Virus record (IMG/VR): IMGVR_UViG_3300028591_000081 | Coordinates: 64,001 to 128,000 of that record | Length of the DNA: 64,000 nucleotides | Reading direction: 5' to 3' (one strand) | DNA from: a virus | Taxonomy: Duplodnaviria; Caudoviricetes | Shown: piece after piece, positions 18,757-28,048 of the stretch | How positions within the stretch are numbered: position 1 is the stretch's first letter | Layout of the letters: each line of letters begins with the position of its first letter | The notes under the pieces: generated by a model | Seen by the model: only the letters and a program-made list of their open reading frames with translations | What the model was told of the DNA's origin: nothing | Databases searched by the model: none | Made by a program: the position numbers and the translations under genes

Positions 18757-19556
18757 GAATCGGATTTTTCGTAGGCATCCAGCATGGTGGAGATGAGGCG
18801 GCGATACCCTTCGTTGTGGGCTTTCATCCCACCGAAACCGTGGTTCCTAACACCGGAGTATATCCCAAGGTACTTCATGTCTTCGTCAGTCACAGAAATC
18901 CCATGTTTCTTTAAGACCTCTTTCAATCCTGCCAGATCTGTTTTGCTCGGATTCAGCATGGCCAGCAGGGCGCGTTGCGGTGTCCATCCTGCTCGGCGTA
19001 TTAGCATGTATGCCATGAAGGCACCACTCCTGTCTCCGCCATGATCACAGTGAATGAAGATCTCATCAGGCGAGTATGGAAGCAGACTGTCGTAAAATGA
19101 CGTGTCTTGAGGGAATCGACTGCCGATGGGTAGAAGGATATGTTCGATTCCCTGTTCGGCAATAGCATGTTTCACAGATTCCCATGACGTTTTTGTGTAG
19201 GTGACGGTCAGGATCACTCGAATCCCGTGCTGTCTCATCGGTACTATGTTTGACACTTCAGGGAGTGCGCCTATCCAGAAACCTTCCTTTGTATGCCTAG
19301 TGTTCTTCGGCATCCCTTCCTTCACTCCGTAGACTCCTTGTTCTTTTGGGTACGGGTCGTCAGGCGTACTTTCAGAATCTTCTAACGGACTCACCAAATC
19401 CTCTGGAATTGTGTTGCTGTCACTGCTGAGCGACGCAAAGTACGTCCAGTCGGCAGGCACTCTGGTACGGGGCGGTTCTGCACTAGCAGAAATTGAGGCT
19501 AGAAGGGTAACGATAAAGACACACGTGTATGTGGTAAATTTCAAACCAGTTCGCAT
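18753..19556 (-). CDS. protein tyrosine / dual-specificity phosphatase family protein with signal peptide
   Basis: CX5R loop IHCDHGGDRSG; N-terminal hydrophobic segment ending ASA. Confidence 0.8.
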   Translation of the reverse strand: MRTGLKFTTYTCVFIVTLLASISASAEPPRTRVPADWTYFASLSSDSNTIPEDLVSPLEDSESTPDDPYPKEQGVYGVKEGMPKNTRHTKEGFWIGALPEVSNIVPMRQHGIRVILTVTYTKTSWESVKHAIAEQGIEHILLPIGSRFPQDTSFYDSLLPYSPDEIFIHCDHGGDRSGAFMAYMLIRRAGWTPQRALLAMLNPSKTDLAGLKEVLKKHGISVTDEDMKYLGIYSGVRNHGFGGMKAHNEGYRRLISTMLDAYEKSDS

Positions 19557-19653
19557 ATCGGAACTCCGTGTAATTGATATCTGCTACACTGTCCGGGTAT
19601 GGGCGGTACCACACTAAACGAAAAGGGTACATGCCATATCCTAAGACAGAGGT

Positions 19654-19660
19654 TTCGATA
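19654..19660 (-). promoter_or_regulatory. putative late promoter TATCGAA
   Basis: Intergenic, upstream of the phosphatase gene. Confidence 0.4.
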
Positions 19661-19782
19661 CGACTTGAACACAGTGTTTTGGCGTTGGTACTATCACACT
19701 TTTTGTGTTAGGTTGTTACGCGTCTTGTTCAGTAGGGTTCAGGGCGTTCATTTCTATTCTCAACAACATAGGGGCGAAATTT

Positions 19783-20577
19783 ATGGCAGTTGAAGAGCGT
19801 TTGTTGTTGCCCACCAGAGGCATCGTGTATCCTGAGATGCAGAATCAGGAGTATGTTACTGTCACACCTTACAAGGCCAAAGCCTTTCGTGATTTTGTGC
19901 AAAGTGGTTCAGGTGAAGCGGCATTGTCCAAACTGCTGGACTCCTGTTTGGTAAACTGTCCGCTCAATGCTTCAGAGCTACACCCAATGGATTACTCTGC
20001 GCTGATGTTCAAAGTGCGAGCCATGACGCTTGGTGCTAAGATTCCGATGTCTGTGGTATGCCCGTTTTGCTCAGAACGTCAGGATATTGATTGGGATCTC
20101 ACAAATATGAATGTCCGGTACTTTGCACCCTCTCAGTACCCGTTCGTGGTAGAGTTGCCGGAATCGAAGGAGACCGTTTCGGTTCGCATCGTTACACCAA
20201 AGATGCAGAACGAGGCGAGAGACATGGCTCTTGAACGGGTTAGAAAATTGGGCGTCGATTCCCAGTCCACCATCGCCGCTTTCACATACGTTTGCAATCT
20301 TTCCAAAGCGGGTCTTGATCTCATTGGTATGGTTTCGTGGTACGACAATCTTCCTATCCGAGATGCTGTGTACCTTACTCATGTGAATGAAAAGATCAAT
20401 GATTTCGGAATTGATGTTGTTCAGTCGTTCCCATGCAAATCGTGCAAACGAAACTTTAGTGTGACGCTGAGGACAGATGAGAGCTTTTTTCTGCCCAACG
20501 TCGGAGACTTTGGAGGGGTTGAAACAAAGACAGGAACTCTTGAAAGGGGTCTTGAAGCTCCAAGTGATGTTAAGTAA
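19783..20577 (+). CDS. T4 gp26-like baseplate hub / tail assembly chaperone
   Basis: LPTRGIVY, D..ALMFKVRAMTLG, two CxxC pairs (CPFC, CKSC), near-terminal FFLP. Confidence 0.75.
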   Translation: MAVEERLLLPTRGIVYPEMQNQEYVTVTPYKAKAFRDFVQSGSGEAALSKLLDSCLVNCPLNASELHPMDYSALMFKVRAMTLGAKIPMSVVCPFCSERQDIDWDLTNMNVRYFAPSQYPFVVELPESKETVSVRIVTPKMQNEARDMALERVRKLGVDSQSTIAAFTYVCNLSKAGLDLIGMVSWYDNLPIRDAVYLTHVNEKINDFGIDVVQSFPCKSCKRNFSVTLRTDESFFLPNVGDFGGVETKTGTLERGLEAPSDVK

Positions 20578-20761
20578 GTATGCTCATATCGGATTCGAGG
20601 TTACAGACAACATGACCATGTTCGAGCTGGACTCTGTCACCATGATCCTAAATGAACACTTCGAGGAAATGAAGAAGCAGATGGATCAGGCGAAGGATAA
20701 CCGGGAGCATAATACCCGGACGGTGAGTGTGAATGACTTGGACCTAGATGCACTTGGGTAA
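20477..20761 (+). CDS. T4 gp51-like baseplate hub assembly protein (start uncertain)
   Basis: LQVMLSKYAHIGFEVTDNMTMFELD pattern; overlaps the gp26-like gene in the +1 frame. Confidence 0.6.
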   Translation: MRAFFCPTSETLEGLKQRQELLKGVLKLQVMLSKYAHIGFEVTDNMTMFELDSVTMILNEHFEEMKKQMDQAKDNREHNTRTVSVNDLDLDALG

Positions 20762-20767
20762 TGACAC

Positions 20768-21430
20768 ATGCAAATCCGCATACATATAAAGTCAACCAGT
20801 GATGTGCTGGCAAACCACACCTGTCAGGATGATGGGGTGTATCTTCTCACGGTATCTTTTTGGCTTTGGCTGAAGTCCATATTCTGTGGTCTTGATTTGA
20901 CTTTGAATGCTCTGACTTTTGCAATACCAAAACCAGAGGAGTCTGCTGGCAATGAATTGAACACCCAGTCTTCTCCAGTAAATCACGGCTCCACTAGGTC
21001 TGAGAAAGTTACTGGGGAAGACACCTCCGGTATGCCCAAGAAGTCTAAGAAAAGTCCGAAAGGTAAGCGAAAGGCTAAGAGTGAAAAACTACCCACGCCG
21101 ACAGAGGAGGAAATTTTTGGCGTGCAGTGGGATGATTACACCGTGGTTTATCCTTCTCGGCAGTCCTTGGATTCTTCGAAATCTCTCAAGGAATTTTCCA
21201 CTTATAAGTCTAGGACAGACTCTCCGAGCGATCCTGTAATGCCTACGAAGGTCGTTTCCAAATCGTCGAGTGAGACTGAAACCACGTTGGGTACTTACAA
21301 TCCCTCTGAAGCGGTTCCTGTTTTGGACAAGCCAGAGCCTATCGACTTCAAAAACCCGCCACATTCTGCTAGATGGAAGGCCAGAAACCTTCCACCAAGA
21401 AAACCATACATTCCATCAGTAAATGATTAG
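20768..21430 (+). CDS. hypothetical low-complexity protein
   Basis: 220 aa ORF filling the gap before tdk. Confidence 0.55.
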   Translation: MQIRIHIKSTSDVLANHTCQDDGVYLLTVSFWLWLKSIFCGLDLTLNALTFAIPKPEESAGNELNTQSSPVNHGSTRSEKVTGEDTSGMPKKSKKSPKGKRKAKSEKLPTPTEEEIFGVQWDDYTVVYPSRQSLDSSKSLKEFSTYKSRTDSPSDPVMPTKVVSKSSSETETTLGTYNPSEAVPVLDKPEPIDFKNPPHSARWKARNLPPRKPYIPSVND

Positions 21431-21444
21431 GGAGATGATTCAGT

Positions 21445-21996
21445 ATGCTTGAGTTTTACTATGGTACAGTCAATAGTGCGAAGACACTGACGATGCTTGC
21501 TAAGGCCCATGCTTGGAAAAGTACAGGTAAGAAAGTGTGTATCGTCAAGCCAGCTATGGATACACGTAGTGAAGGGGTATCCTCTCGCGTTGGTCTTTCA
21601 TGCGATGCAGACATTGTTCTGAAAGCGTCAGAAAGTCTCTGCGACTATGCAGAGACTTTCAATGCCTCGGATGTGGTTCTGGTGGATGAAGTGCAATTCT
21701 TGACCAGATCGCAGATACTGGACTTGAGAAAATTGACCGTGGGTTTACTGGACAAGACAACGAAGGCCGTCCCTGTGCAATGTTATGGTCTTCGGACTTT
21801 GTCTGACGGAACCTTGTGGGACAGCATCTCGGTTCTTATGGCACAGGCTGATGATATGCATGAGGTCAGCACGGTGTGCGCCTATTGCTCTGATCGTGCA
21901 GTGTTTTCGAAGTCTGTGTCTCAGGGCGAGGCAGGTGTCAGTCTGTCGTGGGACGGATTCATCCCAGTTTGTGCGTATCATTTCCTACACGACTGA
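21445..21996 (+). CDS. tdk: thymidine kinase
   Basis: YYGTVNSAKT P-loop, KPAMDTR, VLVDEVQFL, YGLRT, Zn-binding CAYC...CAYH. Confidence 0.92.
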   Translation: MLEFYYGTVNSAKTLTMLAKAHAWKSTGKKVCIVKPAMDTRSEGVSSRVGLSCDADIVLKASESLCDYAETFNASDVVLVDEVQFLTRSQILDLRKLTVGLLDKTTKAVPVQCYGLRTLSDGTLWDSISVLMAQADDMHEVSTVCAYCSDRAVFSKSVSQGEAGVSLSWDGFIPVCAYHFLHD

Positions 21997-22008
21997 TATG
22001 ATCTGGTT

Positions 22009-22050
22009 TGTGGTGCTGACAACACATCTTTGAAATCTCTGTGGTATGAT
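22009..22050 (+). promoter_or_regulatory. GGTGCTG-box promoter of the DNA polymerase gene
   Basis: TGTGGTGCTG-N23-TG-G-TATGAT. Confidence 0.8.
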
Positions 22051-22083
22051 GAAACGTCTCGAAATGTCTTCGAGACGTTTTTT
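22051..22083 (+). terminator. terminator-like hairpin overlapping the predicted transcription start
   Basis: aaacgtctcgaa / ttcgagacgttt plus T tract. Confidence 0.65.
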
Positions 22084-22097
22084 CGTATGAGGTGTGT

Positions 22098-25000
22098 ATG
22101 TCCATTGACTCGTCAAGCAAAGCCGCTCTCCATAAGGGTTACAAACACTGGTGTCCTGAAGTAGAACCAAGAGAGGACTGGGATAAGGATTTCAACTTTG
22201 TTCTGATTCGCAGTATTGAGGAATTGAAGAAACTGGATGTGGAACATAAATTCGTGGCATGGGATACGGAAACTTCTGGCCTGAATCCTGACATCGACTG
22301 GCTGGTTGGGTTCTCCTTCTCTTTCGACGGATTGACTGGATACTATGTCCCTGTGAAACACGACGACATCGCCCTCGGGAAAGAGGCTCTGGACATCTTT
22401 TACTCAATCCTTAGTAAAGCCGGAACACAGTTCCTATACAACTGCCGTTTTGATCAAAGATTCTTCGAGGCCGCTGGATATTCGTTGGAAGGGTTGCGTT
22501 ATTATGACGTGATGAACGCAATATGGCTGGCCGATACCAACGTGCTTATGCCTAGCTTGAAAGCCTCTGAGCGGCGATTTTTGGGATGGATTCCAAAGAC
22601 TTTTTCAGAGACTTTAGGAGAGGCTACAACGTTTCAGCATGTTCCGGCTGAGGATGCTTATAAATATGCTTGTACAGACGCGTTGGGCACGTATCATCTC
22701 GCCTTGATTTCAAACCAGTTTTACAAGGAGAGTTATCCGGCCAGCAAGTATGACAATGACGCTCTGTACCCAATGATGCGCTTGGAGAACACTCCGCAAC
22801 GTTTGGATTTGGAGTATCTGAAATCTCTTTGCTCTTCAGTAGAGACCCGTATTGAGGAGAGTCTCCAACAGGTGTATCAGTTGGCCGGGTGTACATTCAA
22901 CGTCAATTCTCCGGCACAGTTCGGTAAAATCATGTTGGAACGCTTCGGAGTCGATACTGGAGTCCGTACACCTACTGGGGCCATGAAAGCTGATTTGAAG
23001 ACCCTTGAAGCATGGCTGGTAAAGCACGGCTCCAAGGTGAGTCCTGAGGTAAAAGACTTCCTGTCTGCATACAAGGAATACAAAAAGACCGTCAAATTCA
23101 AGTCCAGCTATTTGGACAAGTATATCAAGGCCGCAGAAGATTCTGAGACATTCCCAATCCGTTTCAGCTACAAGTTCCAGTCGGTTCCGTGTCTTACGGA
23201 AAACAACACAGTTCTCACGAAATCTCGCGGATTTGTGTCGATTAAAGATGTGCAGTCTGAGGACATGATTTGGACATCGTGGGGATATAAGCGAGTGCTG
23301 TGGAACCATTCCCATGAAGTTGACGAGTTCTATCGAGTTACCCTGAAGAACGGGATGACCTTGGAAGGCACTGGGCACCATCCTGTACTTGTTCGCAAAT
23401 CACCACTTGAAAAAGTGGCATACTCTGGAATGACCAAGGATGATGTCGAGTGGGCAGGTATTCAGGATCTGAAACCTGACGAACCCGTTGTGATCAATCA
23501 CGTTCATGCTTCCCTCTCTTGCTCAGATCCTTGGAAATCTTCACTGGCCCGTATCATGGGGTACTTTTATGGTAAAGGAAAAATGACCGATGGGGTGTTG
23601 ATGTCCCTGTGCTTCGACAATCCGGACTTGGCCTCTCATTATGCTGGATGGATGAAATCTTTGTTTGGAGACAAGAAAGTTTCTCAATATGACGTAGACA
23701 AAGGGAAGGTTGAGTACTCCATCACAAGACAAACTTTGGCAAAGTTCCTTGCAGAACATGAGGTGATTCCTACGGTCGAGGAAGATCGTCTTGGGAATCT
23801 GAAGGTGAAGCCTGTGTCTACATATACAAAGGTGGCGGACAGACTTTCACGAATGCCTGACACCTTCCGTCATTTCCTTGCTGGGTATCTGGATTCTGCA
23901 AAGACTTCTGCCCGGGAACTTGGGTATAAAGAGATTCCTGAGGACTGGGACGATGGTATTACAACAGATCGGGTGGTTTTCGTCATTCCATCTGCATGTA
24001 AGGATGTCATTATCCCGATGTTTTGGGCCAGTGCTATTGGCTGTAAAGTGACAGATCATACCTTCAAGACTTGGTTTGGGGAAGGTAAAGTGACAAGAGT
24101 GGAGGTGTCTGACCCTTGCTCACTGTCGAATCTTTTGAGTTTGTGGAATAACCTAGATGTAGGGTTGGCTCGTTTCTCTTGTGTGGAACTTCCAAACACA
24201 TTCCGTTTGTACACTGAATCTATGGTGCAGTCGGTGGAGCGCGTATCTGCCAAGAACACGGTGTATGATATCGAGGTTGAAGACGTGCATGAGTATGTCG
24301 CCGGTGGTATCGTTACACACAACACGGGCCGCCTTAGTTGCGGTGGTGACAAGAAGAATTCCTTTTTCACGCAGAATAACGTACAATGCCTTGAAGAGGA
24401 TACGTCGGTTATCACATCAGAAGGAATAAAGCCTATAAAGCAGGTAAATACTGGTGATTTGGTTTGGACAGGCTCTGAATTTGCCCCATGCCAACAGCTA
24501 GGTTCAAAGACATGCAGTGTGTTGAAAATTTCCACTGATTGCGGGGAGGTGGTGTGTTCAGCAGAACATTTAGTCCTTGCGTCCGACTCTCGTCACGGGA
24601 CTGGAGAATTTCGCCATGCTGGAGAATTGAAGGTGGGACAGTTTATGAAGCGTGCGGGGTTTGAGGGAGAAAGACGAAAAAGTAACGTTCGAAATAAGTC
24701 TGAGTTTCGTTTGGATGACGATGGGTACTCACCCTCAAGGATTGAGCGCATCGAAAGGGTTGGAGAGGCAGTCTGTTACGATCTATTCGTTCCAAAGTTT
24801 GAGAGATTTGTAGCCAACGGATTCATTGTCCATAACAGCACGCCAAAGCCGCACAGCTTGATGGTGAAGGGGCGTAAAGCCACACAGGAAGAAATCGACC
24901 AAGGCAAGGACCTTCTTGGATGGTACCTCTCAAACGATATACCGGACGACGAGGCGGTAGGGTTGGTGGAAGGTATGGATCCTGACCATTTCAATTTGCG

Positions 25001-26894
25001 CAGAGCCTTCCTGCCGAAAGATGATGACTGCTATGTGGTGTCCATAGACATGAAGGCCGAAGAACTGAGACTTGTAGCCAACATTTACAACGAGAAGACT
25101 TGGGCCGATGCGTTCATTCACGGTAAGGATGTTCATAAAGCGTGCTATTCCCCCGACACGGAGTTCCTTGTTCTCAAACATGGATGGATGACGGCGGATC
25201 GTATCACGGCAAACATGGAGATAGCTTATTACGATCCAATGGATGATGAGGTGAAGTTTTCTAAGGCCGGGAAACGGTATTCACACGAAGCATCCGAAGT
25301 CTACACGCATCCAACTCTCTTTAATGTCACCGACAATCATCGCATGTGGATTGGTACCCCAGATGTAGGATTCCGTATTGTGCGAGCCTCCGAACTTAAA
25401 TCCCAAGGAAATCCGAAGCAGAAGTTCAGAATGAAGACTGCGGTCGGCCAGCGAACGTCTTTTCGATTCATAGAAGCCTCGTGGGGACGGAAGATGGGAC
25501 AGTATTTCTGCTATGGCTTCATGTACTTTGCCCCACATTATTCTGATGAGGACGGCTTTGTTCACATCACGCTGGATTCTCCATGCCCGAAATGTCCATA
25601 CGACTTTTCCATATTCCTGCATTCAGGGGACTTTTCTTCGACGGAGTTCTCTGTCGATAAAGAACTGTCCTTGGGCTTCAAGTCCTTTGAAGCATCACAC
25701 CCTTGCACAGACCTCTTTTCTTTAGCAAAGACCGAGTACAAGGATGAGCCTATATTCCTTCAGGATTTCGTGTACGGTATGCTCATGTACCTTTCGTCCA
25801 CAAAGTTTAATACACTCAATCTTGGAGACGGTTCAAAAGTGTCCGGCAAAGTTGTAGTGTCGTCAAAGGAACATGCTGACGCGATTCAGTGGTTACTGAT
25901 GCTTACGGGTTCCACCTGTCGGGTGGCTCCATCCAAGAGTTCCTTGTACGGGGAAGGGGCTTATGTTCTTACGATATTCTCTGATGTGTCGTCCTTACCC
26001 AAGTCTCTTGGTTCCACGTTTGGTTCTGTCAAGCAGAAGAACATTGCCGAAAAGCATTTGACCTATTCCTGTTTCAGCGTGCCAAGCGGTCTTCTTGTTA
26101 CAAGGTACAAGGGACAGATCACGGTGAACGGAAATACGGCCATCAAGCTGTTTGGAGAAGAGAACTACTCGAAAGAAGCTCGAAAGAAGGCAAAGGTCGC
26201 CAGCTTTGGAATTTTGTACGGAAGTGGTGCGCAGGGATTCAACTCATCATTCCCAGAAATGTCTCTGGATGAGTGCCGACAGTTTCTTGCCAAGTTCAAG
26301 GAGGCTCTTCCGTCCATTGAACAGGGACAGGCTGAAAATGTGTCCTATGCCCGGGAACACGGAACCATCAACACTGGATTTGGTAGACAGCGTAGAGTTC
26401 GAAGCTACTTCCAGTCTGGAGATAGGGCACAGATAGCCTTTGCTGAAAGAACGGTAAAAAATTCCGTTGTACAAGGTACTGCCGCTGATGTTTTGAAACT
26501 CATATTTTGTCGCCTGTGGGCCAATGTTTTCAAACCTTACCCAGACGTGACTTTCATGTCCACCATTCACGATGAAGTGAACTTTTCCATGCCGAAGCGA
26601 CTTGCACGTGAAGTGATTCCTATCTGCATGGAGTGCATGACTATCCGAAGGGATGATTGGCCTGTTACGTTGGAATGTTCCCTATCTATTGGCCGAGACT
26701 CTTTAGGTGACTTGATACCGTTTACTTACAACAAGGAAACAAAGGAATTCATACCAGAATGGGAAGAGTCAAGCGAAGTCTTGAAGAAGCGCGTGGGGCA
26801 TGTGGAAACCAAGCCTGCGGATAACGAGTCTTTGGACGTTGAAGAGTTTGATGACCCTTACTTTGGATTACCTCCCGAGGCTTGTGAGTTCTGA
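22098..26894 (+). CDS. polA: family A DNA polymerase (3'-5' exonuclease + polymerase, no 5'-3' exonuclease) containing three inteins
   Basis: ExoI WDTETSGL, ExoII YNCRFD, ExoIII YACTDA; TGRLS; motif A SIDMKAEELR; motif B RKKAKVASFGILYG; QGTAAD; motif C IHDEV. Confidence 0.93.
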   Translation: MSIDSSSKAALHKGYKHWCPEVEPREDWDKDFNFVLIRSIEELKKLDVEHKFVAWDTETSGLNPDIDWLVGFSFSFDGLTGYYVPVKHDDIALGKEALDIFYSILSKAGTQFLYNCRFDQRFFEAAGYSLEGLRYYDVMNAIWLADTNVLMPSLKASERRFLGWIPKTFSETLGEATTFQHVPAEDAYKYACTDALGTYHLALISNQFYKESYPASKYDNDALYPMMRLENTPQRLDLEYLKSLCSSVETRIEESLQQVYQLAGCTFNVNSPAQFGKIMLERFGVDTGVRTPTGAMKADLKTLEAWLVKHGSKVSPEVKDFLSAYKEYKKTVKFKSSYLDKYIKAAEDSETFPIRFSYKFQSVPCLTENNTVLTKSRGFVSIKDVQSEDMIWTSWGYKRVLWNHSHEVDEFYRVTLKNGMTLEGTGHHPVLVRKSPLEKVAYSGMTKDDVEWAGIQDLKPDEPVVINHVHASLSCSDPWKSSLARIMGYFYGKGKMTDGVLMSLCFDNPDLASHYAGWMKSLFGDKKVSQYDVDKGKVEYSITRQTLAKFLAEHEVIPTVEEDRLGNLKVKPVSTYTKVADRLSRMPDTFRHFLAGYLDSAKTSARELGYKEIPEDWDDGITTDRVVFVIPSACKDVIIPMFWASAIGCKVTDHTFKTWFGEGKVTRVEVSDPCSLSNLLSLWNNLDVGLARFSCVELPNTFRLYTESMVQSVERVSAKNTVYDIEVEDVHEYVAGGIVTHNTGRLSCGGDKKNSFFTQNNVQCLEEDTSVITSEGIKPIKQVNTGDLVWTGSEFAPCQQLGSKTCSVLKISTDCGEVVCSAEHLVLASDSRHGTGEFRHAGELKVGQFMKRAGFEGERRKSNVRNKSEFRLDDDGYSPSRIERIERVGEAVCYDLFVPKFERFVANGFIVHNSTPKPHSLMVKGRKATQEEIDQGKDLLGWYLSNDIPDDEAVGLVEGMDPDHFNLRRAFLPKDDDCYVVSIDMKAEELRLVANIYNEKTWADAFIHGKDVHKACYSPDTEFLVLKHGWMTADRITANMEIAYYDPMDDEVKFSKAGKRYSHEASEVYTHPTLFNVTDNHRMWIGTPDVGFRIVRASELKSQGNPKQKFRMKTAVGQRTSFRFIEASWGRKMGQYFCYGFMYFAPHYSDEDGFVHITLDSPCPKCPYDFSIFLHSGDFSSTEFSVDKELSLGFKSFEASHPCTDLFSLAKTEYKDEPIFLQDFVYGMLMYLSSTKFNTLNLGDGSKVSGKVVVSSKEHADAIQWLLMLTGSTCRVAPSKSSLYGEGAYVLTIFSDVSSLPKSLGSTFGSVKQKNIAEKHLTYSCFSVPSGLLVTRYKGQITVNGNTAIKLFGEENYSKEARKKAKVASFGILYGSGAQGFNSSFPEMSLDECRQFLAKFKEALPSIEQGQAENVSYAREHGTINTGFGRQRRVRSYFQSGDRAQIAFAERTVKNSVVQGTAADVLKLIFCRLWANVFKPYPDVTFMSTIHDEVNFSMPKRLAREVIPICMECMTIRRDDWPVTLECSLSIGRDSLGDLIPFTYNKETKEFIPEWEESSEVLKKRVGHVETKPADNESLDVEEFDDPYFGLPPEACEF
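23190..24323 (+). mobile_element. intein 1 (378 aa) with degenerate LAGLIDADG-like domain
   Basis: Starts CLTENNTV; block B GTGHHPV; ends VYDIEVEDVHEYVAGGIVTHN; +1 residue is Thr of TGRLS. Confidence 0.9.
24387..24836 (+). mobile_element. intein 2 (150 aa mini-intein)
   Basis: Starts CLEEDTSV; CSAEHLV; ends CYDLFVPKFERFVANGFIVHN; +1 residue is Ser. Confidence 0.9.
25143..26135 (+). mobile_element. intein 3 (331 aa), GN-ending, degenerate endonuclease region
   Basis: Starts CYSPDTEF; VTDNHRM; ends CFSVPSGLLVTRYKGQITVNGN; +1 residue is Thr, restoring DVHKA-TA. Confidence 0.88.
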
Positions 26895-26899
26895 GAGTC

Positions 26900-26906
26900 T
26901 ATCCAA
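26900..26906 (+). promoter_or_regulatory. putative late promoter TATCCAA
   Basis: Just after the polA stop, upstream of 26991. Confidence 0.5.
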
Positions 26907-26990
26907 TACAGATGATTGTTGTACGCGGGGTTCATTGAGTACGTTTCGACGAACCCCACAATGAACCCTCTAGTAGCGTAGGAGCAAAAC

Positions 26991-28037
26991 ATGATTATTC
27001 ATCGAGCGAAATCTGAGTCCGGCAAAAAGCCGACGCGTCTTACCCAGTTACGTATGGAACGTCAGCGTCGCTATGAAGCTGATGAAGAACAGAACAATCA
27101 GGTCGAAATTCCTGACAATATGAAAAATTCTCAGAGTTATACAGACTTTGTGAAGCATCTGGCTTCCAATGTCAGTGACCCGAAAGCCAAGGCGTGGATT
27201 GATTATGCCTTCGGTGGCGAGAATGAAGACATTCAGTTTGATGCAGAGCCTGAGAAGGCTTATCCTGTGAAAGACCTCAAGCCTACCCAGAACTTTATTG
27301 GTCTTGAGAACTCCATCGGTTGGACAGTGAACAATCCAGACAAGGCTGGCGACGGTCTCAAGAAAATGCTTCTGGAAAAATCTCCTGAGATGAAACCCGG
27401 TTCGGCCATTTGGATCTTCAATGGTGAGTTCATCATTGACGGACATCATCGTTGGTCTCAGGTTTATGCCTTCAATCCTGATGCAAAGATTGTTGCCATT
27501 AACTTCAAGTGTAACCAGAAGCTGAAGCCTCAACAGGCTCTGGCCGCCGTTCAGGGCGTTATCGCTTCCGTGGTCGGGAAGGTTCCTATCGCTACCAGCA
27601 AAGTTGATGGTAAAGAGAAGACGGCTTCGAACGTCCTGAAGGATTCAGAAGACACGATGCTCAAGGCCGCTCAGGATTGTCTGAATGAGTCTGCCAAGAA
27701 GGATGAGTTCGTGGACCTTTGTGAGAGCATTGTTGAAAGCAAGAATGCTGAAGACCGTGAAATCGGTTCGATTCGTTCCGGCTTTGATGACGATGATTCT
27801 GATGCCGCAAAAGTACTGACTTATGCAGTACGTAACTGTCTCAAACTCAAGAGTGGTAACAATGCCGTTCAGGGTGCTCCTGACCGTGAGTACATGCCTC
27901 AGACTGATGGCGGAAAGGGAGCAGACAAGAGTGTTCCTTCGCAGGTTCAGGCCAAGCTCACGACTGGTGTTGACGATATTGTTACCAAGGTCGAAAATCG
28001 TTTGCCCCGTGGGATTCGTAAAAAGTATATCGGATAA
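26991..28037 (+). CDS. ParB/Srx-like domain protein with basic leader (probable virion-internal protein)
   Basis: LKPTQ and FIIDGHHRW ParB-type motifs; AGGAG RBS. Confidence 0.75.
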   Translation: MIIHRAKSESGKKPTRLTQLRMERQRRYEADEEQNNQVEIPDNMKNSQSYTDFVKHLASNVSDPKAKAWIDYAFGGENEDIQFDAEPEKAYPVKDLKPTQNFIGLENSIGWTVNNPDKAGDGLKKMLLEKSPEMKPGSAIWIFNGEFIIDGHHRWSQVYAFNPDAKIVAINFKCNQKLKPQQALAAVQGVIASVVGKVPIATSKVDGKEKTASNVLKDSEDTMLKAAQDCLNESAKKDEFVDLCESIVESKNAEDREIGSIRSGFDDDDSDAAKVLTYAVRNCLKLKSGNNAVQGAPDREYMPQTDGGKGADKSVPSQVQAKLTTGVDDIVTKVENRLPRGIRKKYIG

Positions 28038-28048
28038 AGGAGACTGCT

